Assembly (NCBI GenBank): GCA_010093815.1 | Contig: ML996581.1 | Reading direction: 5' to 3' (one strand) | Source of the DNA: Pseudovirgaria hyperparasitica | Taxonomy: Eukaryota | DNA: 64,000 nucleotides | Shown here: positions 33,686 through 45,719 of the stretch, piece by piece | Layout of the letters: the number at the start of each line of letters is the position of its first letter | Numbering within the stretch: the stretch's first letter is position 1 | The notes under the pieces: model-generated | Databases searched by the model: none | Seen by the model: the letters and a program-made list of their open reading frames with translations, nothing else | Told to the model about the DNA's origin: nothing | Made by a program: the position numbers and the translations under genes

Positions 33686-35134
33686 TCATACTTTAACCGT
33701 GCCGTCACTCACATCAATATTATAGGGCCGCAGCGCGTCCTCAACCTCGCCCGTGATGAATTTCTCTACCTGCTGCGGCGCACGTCCTATGAAGCTGCTG
33801 GGCTCCATCAGTTTGTCCAACTCGCCATGAATCGGCGCAAAGAAGGCCGTCCGCTTGATGCGCTCGATCAAGTCATTCTGACCGCCCTCGTTCTTGACTA
33901 CTGCCGCAGCTTCATGGGACAGCACCCGAATTTCCTCGTGTGACTCCTGTCGCGATACGCCCTTCTCCGCTAGCGCCATGATGACGTTTTCCGTTGCCAT
34001 GAAGGGGAGCTCCTGCGCGATGCGGTTCTGGATGACCTTCTCGTACACAACGAGCCCGTTTGAGATGTTGTCTAGCAAGATTAGACACGCGTCGGCGGTC
34101 AGGAATGCTTCGGGGATCGTGATGCGGCGATTTGCGCTGTCGTCGAGACTGCGCTCGAACCACTGCGCGGCATAGTTTGTCAGGCCGTTGTGCGTCAGGC
34201 TTTGGAGATGGCGGCCCAGAGAGCACATGCGTTCGGAGCGCATGGGATTGCGCTTATATGCCATGGCCGACGAGCCGATCTGGTCTTTCTCGAAGGGCTC
34301 TTCCATCTCTTTGTTGGCGGCCATGCGGCGAATGTCGCCCCCGATGCGCTCGCAGGTGGCGCCAAAGTCAGCGAGGTAGTTGATTATAGTGGTGTCGACT
34401 TTGCGGGAGTAGGTTTGCGAGGTGATGGTGAAGGCCTTCTTGAAGCCGGCTTTTGCTGTGACGACGGCGTCGAGTTGCTCAACCTTGTCGTGATCGTTGT
34501 GGAAGACCTGCAGGAAGGAGGCTTGGGTACCGGTAGTGCCTTTACAGCCACGGAATCGGGAGGCGAGGGTATCACGAGAATGCTCGAGGTTGGTCAGGTC
34601 CATGAGGAGATCGGTGATGAAAAGAGCGGCTCTCTTGCCGATGGTTGTGAGTTGCGCAGGCTGGCCGTGTGTGTATGCAAGGCATGGCATGTCTTTGTAC
34701 TGCATCGCGAACTCGCTCAGTCTCTTTATACATGTCGCCAATTTCTTGATGAGGATGTCCAGACCATCCCTGAGGAATATGAGGTCTGCATTGTCAGTAA
34801 CGTAACAGCTCGTCGCCCCCAAATGTATGATGCCCGCCGCTGCCGGGCATGTCTGCCCGTATACATGAACGTGGGCCATGACATCGTGTCTTCTCCTACG
34901 CTCTTCCACGGCAACGTCTTTGAACTCTTCATCCGTGATTTGTTGGCTTGACCTTAGCTGGTCGATGGCTTCGTCACTGATATCACACCCCAATTCTTTT
35001 TCTGCCTCAGCAAGCCATGTCCACAGCTGACGCCATGTCGAGAATCGCTTCCGTGCAGAGAAGAGATATTTCATTTCATCGCTGCAGTAGCGCGTGTTGA
35101 GAGGTGACTGATAGACATCGTGCTCGGATACCAT
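33686..35134 (-). CDS. ADE13: Adenylosuccinate lyase, single exon
   Basis: [31 protein letters not shown]; signature [15 protein letters not shown]. True ATG is at 35134 (the ORF track starts at an upstream TTG). Confidence 0.97.
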   Translation of the reverse strand: MVSEHDVYQSPLNTRYCSDEMKYLFSARKRFSTWRQLWTWLAEAEKELGCDISDEAIDQLRSSQQITDEEFKDVAVEERRRRHDVMAHVHVYGQTCPAAAGIIHLGATSCYVTDNADLIFLRDGLDILIKKLATCIKRLSEFAMQYKDMPCLAYTHGQPAQLTTIGKRAALFITDLLMDLTNLEHSRDTLASRFRGCKGTTGTQASFLQVFHNDHDKVEQLDAVVTAKAGFKKAFTITSQTYSRKVDTTIINYLADFGATCERIGGDIRRMAANKEMEEPFEKDQIGSSAMAYKRNPMRSERMCSLGRHLQSLTHNGLTNYAAQWFERSLDDSANRRITIPEAFLTADACLILLDNISNGLVVYEKVIQNRIAQELPFMATENVIMALAEKGVSRQESHEEIRVLSHEAAAVVKNEGGQNDLIERIKRTAFFAPIHGELDKLMEPSSFIGRAPQQVEKFITGEVEDALRPYNIDVSDGTVKV

Positions 35135-35425
35135 CTTAAATTCCGACAACTGACCTGTTATTTAGGAACAATCAGCGATGTGATTTTTTTTCTTGAATCT
35201 CACGATGACGAGTGAAAAATTCATGGCGGGGGTGGGGCAAGCTGTTTCAATCTATACCCTTTTAAAGTGGGTACTCAGTTGTCGGTATGAGGGGTACTGG
35301 CATCATATGGTCGTCCAATTTGTCTGTATAGGCCGCTCAGGGTATTTGGAACCTTGTTCCCTCAATTTTTAAACTGCTTCCATATAACACTAAGCAGAAC
35401 CCATATTGAGTCTAAAAAGACGGAT

Positions 35426-36981
35426 TTACAAGTTGACCCGAAACTTGTGTCTAATTGTAGTGCCATACTTCATGAACACTAGTGGCGCTGGAGCCAGAGC
35501 TACGCCGATAAATGCAAAAACGCTGATGCCCCAGCCATACCCCAAACTTTTGAACAACGAAGGCGAAAACAGCGGCACGACCCCGCCGAAAAAGGACCTG
35601 AAGACAGCGCCTGCCGCTATAGCTGATGCAGCATAGGCTTCAAAAGAATCGATATAATAGTTTTGCACCGTGTTGATGATCATAACTTGTCCAATGCCGT
35701 AGAAATAGGTGGCAAGAAGTGTAACAGGCCATGGGGCCTTGTACTCTACAGTCCATGCAAACCTGAAGTGAGTCAGTAATGGTTTCATGTGGGGTTCGTT
35801 GAACATTATACCAGAAAAGAGCGCCAGGGACGAGTACCGAGCCAATATTTGTTAATGGAAGCCTGAATTCTGGCTTCCCTTTCCCGCCATCGTTAGAAGC
35901 AAGTCTGTTGTAAACTGTATCTATCTTAGGTACGAGGAACCAGACAGCAGTGAGGAATCCTAGTCCAGGACCAAGGTATATCAATCCTACTTGCTCCGAG
36001 TTGAATCCATACAACTCTCCGTAGATATCCTGGAAGTTTGTGTAGAGACTGTATGTAGTCGCGAATATCAAAGCCTGGTAGATAGACATAGTGATGACGA
36101 TTGGTTGCAAAAATATGCGAAAAGGCCGTGCTAGCGACGTCCTGAGTTTCCTTGAAAGGGGTCTTCGATCTTCACTTGTGAATGTGTACCTGTCAGTAAC
36201 ATCCTCAATTTTCTCGCGCGCTCTCTTTCGCAAAGCGAGGATCCTCGGTGCATACGATTCTTTCAAGAAAAGCCATCCAGCCAGAGTATTGGCAGCGCAG
36301 ACGATGAGGAGCACCCAATAGACCCATCTCCACCCAAGTCTTTGTACAATGACTCCACCAAACAATGGCCCCAACGTCGGGCCCAGCAAGGGACCTAGCA
36401 GATACCAACCAAACACACCAGCCCTTTCGCTTGCAGGGAACATATCACTGATTGTGCCACCACCATTGGCAATGCCTACACTTCCAAAAAATCCCGAGAC
36501 TGTGCGAACCGCAATCAGTAACTCGATATTCGGTGCGAGGGCGGCAGGTATCTGCAGCAGTGTGAAAGTGCTGAAACCGACCATGTACAGTACACGCCGG
36601 CCAAAGGTCTCTGAGAGAGGTGCGAGGACCAACGGACCGATTCCAAGCGCTATTACGAAGCCGCTTTGCGTCGCTACGACGGCCCGAGTGGACGTGTTGA
36701 GATCGTCAGCAACTTGCTGTATACCGGGTGTGAACATGGAGCTTGCAAGAGGGCTAAGAATTGCCATAGCGGCGATGACGGCTACGTTTGTCATTTTCTT
36801 GGAGCGAGGCCACAACCTCGGGTTCTCGCCATCGTCCTTTGCGAAATCAATGTACTGTTGGGCGTAAGAAGCTGTGAAAGTGAAGCTGATAGGTCTGGAA
36901 AGTGGATGTAAGTACCTCATATTGGGTTTCGGCTTGCTCGCCGCCGTCTCTTAGCAGAGGCGTACGTTCATCGTGTGCCAT
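35426..36981 (-). CDS. MFS drug:H+ antiporter (DHA1 family), 481 aa; introns 36855-36915 and 35763-35811
   Basis: ERTPLL dileucine-type motif; ENPRLW; APLSETFGRR; GPLLGPTLGPLFGG; GWRW; KPEFRL; YAASAIAAGAVFRS; LGYGWG. Confidence 0.92.
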
Positions 36982-37609
36982 GAGACTTAGTAGATTGAGA
37001 GCTCGAAGTGCCCGGAAAGTGAGAAGACGATAAGATGGCAATGAGAGCGACGAGCGACCATATTGCTAAGGAGTTAAGAAAAGATGGCAATGGACATTGT
37101 ATTGTGTGCTGTTGCCGCTTGCGCTAGAACGACGCGCAGATCCATCGTCACCGAGGCGTTCATCGATGACGAACCATGGCATACGGGCCTGTTGGGCAAC
37201 AACGTGACTAGGTAGGTCACTGGCTAGGCGACTCTGCTTTGCCCCCACTACCCGTATGGTTGTGGATCCTGGAAATCGGCATCTGCTACAGGGAGTGGAT
37301 TCCTATACTTTACAGATGGCATTGTGAATAAGTATGCATGACTGACGTAATCATTATGAGCTGCGTCTGACAGCGGTACTTCAAATATGATACAGTGTAC
37401 ATGAATTATTTGTGATACAGGTAGTTCCGTACCTTGAAGTGTCTGAAATATGTTACATGTAGTGTTCTGAGCCGCGAGAATCCCTGCCACCATGGGACAT
37501 ACAGTTGTGACAGAGGATCGGAGACGAAGAGGAATCCTCCGAATGTATAGATACCGAAGAAGCCGGCTTCCTTCGTCGACTGTGTACAAAATTCCACCAG
37601 CTGCCGCAT

Positions 37610-40224
37610 TTATAAAACTTCGCCGACAATTTTAGCCGCCTCTTTGTACGTTTTCAAAAGTTTTTCGCACTTTTCCCTTTCTGCCTTGATCGCATCATCC
37701 TCGTACAGTAAATCTTGAAAGAGGTCTTCCTTATATAACTCACTTACGAGCCTGTTTTGGACAACGTCTTTCGAAAAATTGACCAAAAGATGCATGATGG
37801 CTTTAGGGACCTGGTCAGCTATCGTCTCGCGAACGATATTGAAGTACGATGAGATAAGCCTCCGAATAAGCTCGGTCTCGAGAGCTTCTCGTTCCGTAAG
37901 CGGAGGAACATCACTTTCGCCAAATTGCTACCCAAGTGTCAGTGAGAGTGCGCAACAAATAAATAGAGAGGCTTACGAAAGGTGTGTCATAGTAATCACG
38001 GGCTTCCGACCCATTATCAAGCTCTTCTTGAGCTACCTCCAGAACATGACGGTCTGGTCGGTCGATGGTCCGGGTGTCGCCCCTTCGCAGGCTAGTAGCT
38101 ATGCTTGGCTGCGAGTTCTGGCTAACATGGCGACTTCCAGGTCGATTTTCTGGCACTTGCATGCCAACCGGTGCAGAACTAGGGACACCATCCTTACCGA
38201 AGAAATAATTTAGGAAGCTGTCGCGAGCGGATCCTTGAGCAGCACCATGGCTCATGCGATTTGGCGAAGAAGGGCGCGCATTGTTCAATGCAGATGCGAT
38301 ACTGTGTGCTCCATGGGTTCCAGTTCGCACAGCAGGAGACATGCTCCTACTAGTCTTCGAGTGACCTCTCACAGCCAGTGTTGACGGCTTGTCTGTAGCT
38401 TCCACCGCTTCTTCATCGTCTTCAGGAGTATCGACACCGTTCAAGCCATTGAGGTCTTTCTGGCGTCTCTTTTCGCGTTTGCGCCTCTCTTCGTTCAGTG
38501 CTATTTTCTTTTCCTGCTCCTTCCGGTCATTGATGACGGAAGACATAGCTGCTGCTGCGCCAAGAAAGTTGGGGTGGTTTGTGTTGATATATGCTCGTTG
38601 GATGGAGATCAGACTTTCCACGTAACTTGAGCATGGACCAAGACGTTCACGAAGAAGATCAGAAACTACTTCAATCAGTTTGCCTTGCAACCGAGGGTAT
38701 CGGCTTAGTTCGGTGGATCCGCAAGTGTGTCCGATTTTGATCAGCTCCTCGTAAACAAGCTCCACACACCGATGGCTGGGAATTTCGAGAAGTTTGATTT
38801 GAGGCTTCACAAGAAGGTCGAATGCCATTTCAGGGACAAAGAGACTCGGACGTGGTCCTGTCGAATTTCTGATCGCTGTACGGATGTCTTGAACCGAGAG
38901 ATTCGTATTTGGATCGATAAGTTCCAGTGAGTTTCCGAAGACCGAATTAAATATGTAGTAGATTCTGGCCCCACCACAAAGCTCTTTTGTAGATATTTCC
39001 GAAGACGTACCATCGATTGATGATATGAATGACGAGGCAAACTTTGTCATCTGTTGTAGGATAAGAGAACCGCGATGCTCCTTACCAGTAAAAGCTACGT
39101 CTCCATAGCTCGCCAATTCCTGTTGGGTCTGGCCCATCAACGTGTTCAGGCGGGCTTTGATATCAGGCAAACGTTCTCGGATGTGATTCATAAGGGTAGT
39201 ATTGAGGCTTTTTGCGAGAAACTGGGTGCCACATCGAGTCGCCATATTCCTATAGGCTGGATGGTGCCTAAAGAAGTCTCTTTCGGCTTGAAGCGCATCG
39301 GCAAGAGATTTGTTCCCCTGGATGTCTTGCTGTGACCTGTTTACAACTCCGATAAACCCCAGCTTGAGCGGATATACGCGCCCAGTGAGAATATCGAGAG
39401 CATTTGTGCCATGGTCCATCAGATCCAGTTTTGTAAGTACGCCTATGGTTCTTCTACCCATGGGATCTACGTGTCGAGCCAGTTTCAATGCCTCGGAATT
39501 AACAATGTCTACGTTGGCGGGAGACACGGCTAATATGATACTATTGGGCTTCGCGATATACTCAGTGATCAAGTTTCTCGTCTGCTTCTCAATATCTGTA
39601 GGCTGGTCGCCAATGGGAACCTACGGAGTTAAGTCTTGCAGCAAGTTAACGTGGGATCGACCAACCTTTGTAAGCCCGGGCAGATCGACCAGCGTCAAGT
39701 TGAGGACATGAGGCGAGTACACTTTCAGATTGATAGGTTGCCTATTGATGCCTTTGTTGTTTCCAGCTATGCGCGCCGTCTCTTGTTCGATTTCTCTCTT
39801 TATGTCTCCGAAGTCGAAAAATCTCCTCCCTGGGATATGGTGAAACTCACCCCATTCCTGATGACCTGCGACGCTCGCTGGTGTATGTGGTATGTGAATT
39901 TCATCGCCCTCTGGTCTATCATCCCGATCACTTGGAACGTTGATGAGTTGCAGGATCAATGGCCGACGGGTGACGATACCACTACCACGTGGAAGGAAGT
40001 CTCTACCGACAATGTTTTCGAGAACTGAAGACTTGCCGGAAGATTGCGACCCAACAACTACCTGAATGCAGCAGTGAGTTACGGCTCATTGTCTCTGAGT
40101 AAACGTCTGATGAAGTGGGGCATACTATTTGAGGCAAGTCTAAAGAGTCGTTTCCAATAGTATTGAAAACCAAGTCCTGAAGCTTGTTCACGATCCCAAG
40201 TAGATCATCGCCGAGAGCCGCCAT
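37610..40224 (-). CDS. DNM1: Dynamin-related GTPase Dnm1 (mitochondrial/peroxisomal fission), 818 aa; introns 40062-40125, 39621-39665, 37928-37976
   Basis: GSQSSGKS (G1), DLPG (G3), TKLD (G4); middle domain; insert B with FLNYFFG; GED with [13 protein letters not shown]. Confidence 0.96.
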
Positions 40225-41147
40225 GGTGGACAGGATGTTGTGCTGGAAGAGCCTCCTCTGCAGGGGCAATGTCCGCGACGATAAACAGAAGCTTTCGGGG
40301 TCGGTTGTTGCGATGGAGGGTCGTTATCGCAGGCCAGACACGGCTTCAAACCGCTGGTGTAGCTGTAGGTGGGCCGTTTGACTTGGATTCCAGGCACGTT
40401 TGGTAGTAGGAGATGATATGGAGAGATCGTGTTGGGTGCGCAAGTAATGTTTTCGCGGTCTTCTTCCAAGGCAGATGCAGATGCAGAGTACCACACATGA
40501 ATGGATCGGGACTAGTCAAGCCTCCGCCGAGGTCTCGCCACAATTCGGGCTGAGGCCAATCAACACTAGATACAACTTTCGGAATCGAGACTCAACTCCA
40601 CCATCCTTCCATTTGAGCTTCTGATCGTAAAACTTTACAGGCTCACCAACTATTGCCTTCAGCAAAGATTACAAGTAGTAAGCAACTAGGACATCAGGCG
40701 CAAGTATGTATGAAGTTGACAACAAAGCGACTCGGAGGGCGCCTCAACGGTCTCTGGCTGGACACAACACAGACTGAGAGTCCGACGAGGATAATTGGTG
40801 AATCACTTCGATCACTGAACTTTCAGCCCCGTTGATCATCTCCATAAGAAAAAGACTACTAGCGGCGAAAAATCGATGCCAATAACGCTTTGTATACAAA
40901 TCAACAGGTTGTCTGGGCGTTTGATGGAATAAGACCAGCTTCTTCAAACGAGTCTGCGTCGCTTTTGACTTAAGGTAATGACGAAGGCAGATTTTCTCGT
41001 CGTCACACAATCATACCAACTTGATCAAGTCTTATCATTAGACTGCGACCGGAGTATTGGTCATTTTTGACATTGTCCAATCTCATATGTGTGTTTGTTT
41101 GAGACCAGACTTCTGACCGATGTGTGTACACTTTACAAGGACCCTGG

Positions 41148-41185
41148 CCTCTATCAAAGACTTGTACCTCTATCAAAGACTTGTA
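41148..41185. repeat. Tandem 19-bp duplication (CCTCTATCAAAGACTTGTA x2)
   Basis: Exact copies at 41148-41166 and 41167-41185. Confidence 0.9.
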
Positions 41186-42277
41186 ATCGTTACGTTTTTT
41201 GGTCTGAGCTCCCATAGAGACAGAACGCATTGCACTGAGCTATTGGAAGGTACCTGCTAGTGCGTGATATTCCGCTTTGATGACCAAGGGACTGATGCGT
41301 GTACATAGTTACAACGTTATTATACTCACCGACCAGAAAAAAAGCCCCTGCTCTGAGGCCAGATGATCGTTGGAACATAGCGTATCGTCTTAGTCTTCCA
41401 GAGATCCCTCCCGACTTGATATATGACCAAGTGATATGGCTAGATATACAGTTTTCATCTTGCAAGCCCATGCGAATTCATGGCCTCAGACGTATGTTCA
41501 CTGCTCCAGCGCCAAGATGGCAGCACAAGGGCTATTCATAAGAACCTAGATGCATGAGTCAGACCGATTCAGGCAGCACCAGCTGATGGACAGCAGGACG
41601 GATGACAGATACACAGATCGAGAACGATTAACGTTGTGCGCACGGGTTCGTGTTGGAGGACGTGTGTCATGATCATATCAATTAATAGCTGTAGAGCATG
41701 CGGGTGGCTTGCAGCGGGAGGTGGGAGCCTCGCGGGAGCCTTGGTGCCTAGCAAAATAGCTTAGGCTGCTTAGTGCTATCTTGAAGTACTTATTGATTGC
41801 CCAAACGTCTCCTAGGCCATATATACTGAATAGAACCATGGTACCTATCAAAATACTAGGTTAGACTTCTATACAACTCTTCTCTTACGGTTGGCAGATC
41901 CGCGGTTCTACGAGCAGGTTTCCACGGCAGTGAAAACTTTGAATCCGCCCAGTGCCGCGCACGTGACCGCCAGAATTCCGGTCTTTGTCTCTCTGTGTCT
42001 AGTCACCTCATCCTTCTCTCTACACACCTCACTGCACACTGAACACTGAAGAAGACCACACAACATCAGACAACGCACTCAGACTCAACTCTCAACGTCC
42101 ACTTCAGATTTAACCTTCCAACTGCCACTTCGCTCCCCAACTAAAAAAACTCTTCTGTACCACAGTCGAGCCTCAAACCCAGCGTTCTGTCGCGACGCAA
42201 CACCAAAGTCGACAAGCATCACGCCAGGGTCGTCATCACGTCTATTTATAAGCCAGTCTCCTGCAACTCACTTTGAT

Positions 42278-44290
42278 ATGGCTCCGGCGGTCTCTAAACG
42301 GGTTGCCAGTAGCGATGGCTTCGCCCGTGGCGCTGCGCATAAACGTCGAAGCGGTGTTCGCACAGACCGTGACGGCGACCTGATGATGGATGCTACACCT
42401 CGGAACCAGAACAACAAGATTGGGAAGGGTAGGGGAAAGCCCACGACCAATACCTCGACCACAACCACGAATGGGACCGCGAAACCGCGAAACAATATCC
42501 ACGCAAAATCAACACAGAACGCGATAATAAGACATCTTACTTCAGGCAATGCAAACATCAAGCAAGCGCAGCCCTCCAACATAAAATGTACGCTACCGCC
42601 TTTCCGACACCATCAGTATACCTCACACTAACTCCACTAAGCAATCAAAGCGGTCAAAGTCTCTGGTTGGAAGAACAGCAAAGCCTCGACCAACGAAGAT
42701 GGCGGTGTTCATTCACTTCTTACTTTCCTGGAGAAGAAAGTCACCACAAACCTCACCAAGAAGAGCATATCAAATGGCAACCGAAAACCTGTTCAAGTTT
42801 CGCTCAAAAAGTATCACATCGACGGGGATGCCGTCATCATTAGCACGACTCCCGACGTGGGCGCCTCTCTATGTGTCATGAATAAATGGGTGTGGGCCGG
42901 CGTCAACCTCCAGATTGAACCAGCCCAACAGTCGAATGCGTTTTCGGACAAGAATGGTGGTGATCAAGAGATGCAAGCCGATGCAAGGCCTATTCTCACC
43001 GATTTGATCTCACGACGATACAACGCCGATCTCAAACTACTTGATCTAAGCGGTCTCGCCAGCGATCCTCAGTTGAAAGCCAACGGTGTGCTCACGAGCA
43101 TTGCGCAACCGGCAAACTTCTTTCCTGCTCTCATGAAAGTCTGCGACGAACAGTTCAAAACTGCTCAGGAGAAGCGAGATACAGTCTTCAGCGTCACTCT
43201 CGCCAATAACGACCTTAGAAGCGTATCTCCAGTCACTACACTGGCGCAGACTTTCCCAGACTTGAAAAATCTAGACCTTTCAAACAACAAGATACCCACT
43301 CTCTCGTCCATGATAAATTGGAAACATAAATTTCGAGCCCTTGATCAACTGCTTCTCAACGGCAATCCGCTTGAGCAACAGGATCCCGCCTTCTACATTC
43401 AAATTAGGAATTGGTACCCTGCACTGCGAACACTCAACAACCAACAAATACGGACAGACCAGGAAGCGCTTCAATCATCACATGGAGTCAAGAAGGCCCT
43501 TCCCGTACGCGGCCCTATGTTTCACGACGAAGGCGATATTGCCAAGAATTTTATCATCAGCTTCTTCGCGGGTTACGACACAGACCGTGCGGCATTGGTC
43601 AACATGTACTACGACACAGAGTCGATTTTCTCTTTCTCCCTCAACAACCGCGGCATCTCAGATCCACTCAGTCGACAGAAGATGGAGAAACAGGAATGGG
43701 ATGCTTATATTCGCAAGTCTCGCAACTTGAAAGCTCTCAGTCATCTTCCCGCACGAGTGAATCGTCAATACACAGGGCCGGCTAAGATCTTGGAAATCAT
43801 CTCATCTCTTCCCAAAACTCGACATCCTGACCTGGGAAATTCAGGACAGAAATGGTGCATCGAATGTCAGTCTTTACCGAGCGTTCCAGACGCAACCAGG
43901 CAGCACCCCGGTGGCGTCGGGGGACTTATCATTGATATTCACGGCGAATTTGAAGAGCTAGACGAGCGGGCTGGCAATGCCGAGAAATCACGCAGCTTCG
44001 ATCGCAATTTTGTCCTCGGCCCCGGCGTAAACGGCGGTGTAAGAATTGTCAGCGACACCTTGACCATTCGCGCCTACGGGGGATTCGCTGCGTGGAAACC
44101 AGATGAGCTCGAATCCAATGGACAGCAGGAGCCATTGATTACGGAAGTCTGCAGACGAACTGGTATGATTGTATCATTCTCGAAACAGTGTTTGGAGGAG
44201 AGTGGATGGAATCTCGAGGAAGCAATTCAGAGATTTGAAGGCGCGAAAGCAGCAGGACTGATTCCGGCGGAAGCATTTGTTCAGGCGTAA
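42278..44290 (+). CDS. MEX67: mRNA export factor Mex67 (LRR, NTF2-like and TAP-C/UBA domains), 652 aa; intron 42588-42641
   Basis: DRDGDLMMD; RRYNADLKLLDLS; LAQTFPDLKNLDLSNN; SRNL; LPKTRH; IHGEFEE; RSFDRNFVLGPG; CLEESGWNLEEA...IPAEAF. Confidence 0.94.
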
Positions 44291-44791
44291 GGATATACCC
44301 AGGGAAGCAAAAAGCTTTGTACTTTCGGATAATTTCATTGTATGGAGTTCGGGTGGCATGGATACAGCATTTGGTGTAGCGAATCATTGTTTCAGACGCA
44401 TAGTACGGCACGACTTTTGAGTAGTATAGAGTATATAGGGGACTGCAGAAATTTGGCTGCGGGGTGAACGGGTGGGCGGGACCCTTCACATCTTGTATAA
44501 TATCTACAGCATCCTGTCTCGGCGAAGCCGAAAGCTGGATGTCACAAACTACATATTACGAAATTTGCGCGCCACGCTGCTCAAGGTAATCTTTTCCGTT
44601 TCATCGTCCTAACCTGATTACGGCTTGATCGGAGAGCGATGAGTATAGAGACATACGGAAGTCACTTCCACACTTCCGATCAGGTAACGATCACTTCCGA
44701 CCTAACTGTAAGCCGATTTGTCTGTCTAGCTGGTGATTTCAGAACCGCTGGCCGTACGAAGTTTAAATCCGACTGAAGTCATAATACAACC

Positions 44792-45228
44792 TCATTCTGA
44801 CTTCTTCGACTTCTTATCTGCGTCTACCCGTTCCGACTCATCCTCTTTCACGGCAGCAATGATGTAACCAATCAGAACCACGTTTGCCATGACCGCGGCG
44901 GTTGCTCCCGCAAAAGTGGCATTGCCTGTGAATAAATGAGGTCGAAGCTATAGAAGAATCATGAGAGCTTTCACCTTTGAAAATAGTGTTTACCGTTGCA
45001 AAGTATGTACCGAGAGGTAATATAACCATTGCGAGCGTAGCAGCCAGCAACTTATATATCACTGAGCTTTTTGGGGTTAGCCACGAATGCATATTCTCAA
45101 GCAGATACTCACGCAGGCACGGCGGGCGAGATATCAGACTTCTCATTCGAAGGCGTTGAAGCCGCATTGCCGTTCTGATCGACATCGAGAACACCTTTCT
45201 CTGTTGATAGAATTCGCCTCGATGCCAT
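44792..45228 (-). CDS. VMA21: V-ATPase assembly factor Vma21, 113 aa; introns 45067-45112 and 44926-44974
   Basis: PAVPASVIYKLL...LPLGTYF...GNATFAGATAAVMANVVLIGYIIAAVKED; C-terminal KKSE dilysine ER-retrieval motif. Confidence 0.93.
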
Positions 45229-45719
45229 GGTGTCTGGTGTCACACTTTGCTGGTGTTTGAGGTCCCAAGTTCCGGTGATGACGAAACAAGTGAGGGGAGA
45301 GATGAGAAGGGACTTTACAGCGGTGATGTATACAACCAAAAGTCAATCAGGCGCAAAGAGGAGAGACTGTGTGATGGTACTCTTTGTATAGCGAAATTAT
45401 CAGACATTAAGCTCCGCTGTCTCTAGCTATGGATAGGGCTCAGCTCATTAAACGCCCAAATGCGGAAAGGGGCGGATCCATCTCTACGCGCTAAACCTCG
45501 GCCGGCGCGACGCGACTTTTCTTTGAGCTCTCTGAACTGGGAAATCCCATTCCCATTCACAATAATTAGAGCCCCACCACCCTACGTCCTTTCACGTCTT
45601 TCGAACGTTTGCGTCTGTGACTCGCACTTTTTGTCCACACTTACTCTCACTTACTACACTTTGCAACATCACGTCTCAAACCTAGAATATCAACGTTACT
45701 GAGGCACCACTCCTTCACC

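Noticed and set aside
34190..34951. 253-aa ORF antisense to ADE13
   Set aside because: Shadow ORF of a GC3-rich conserved gene
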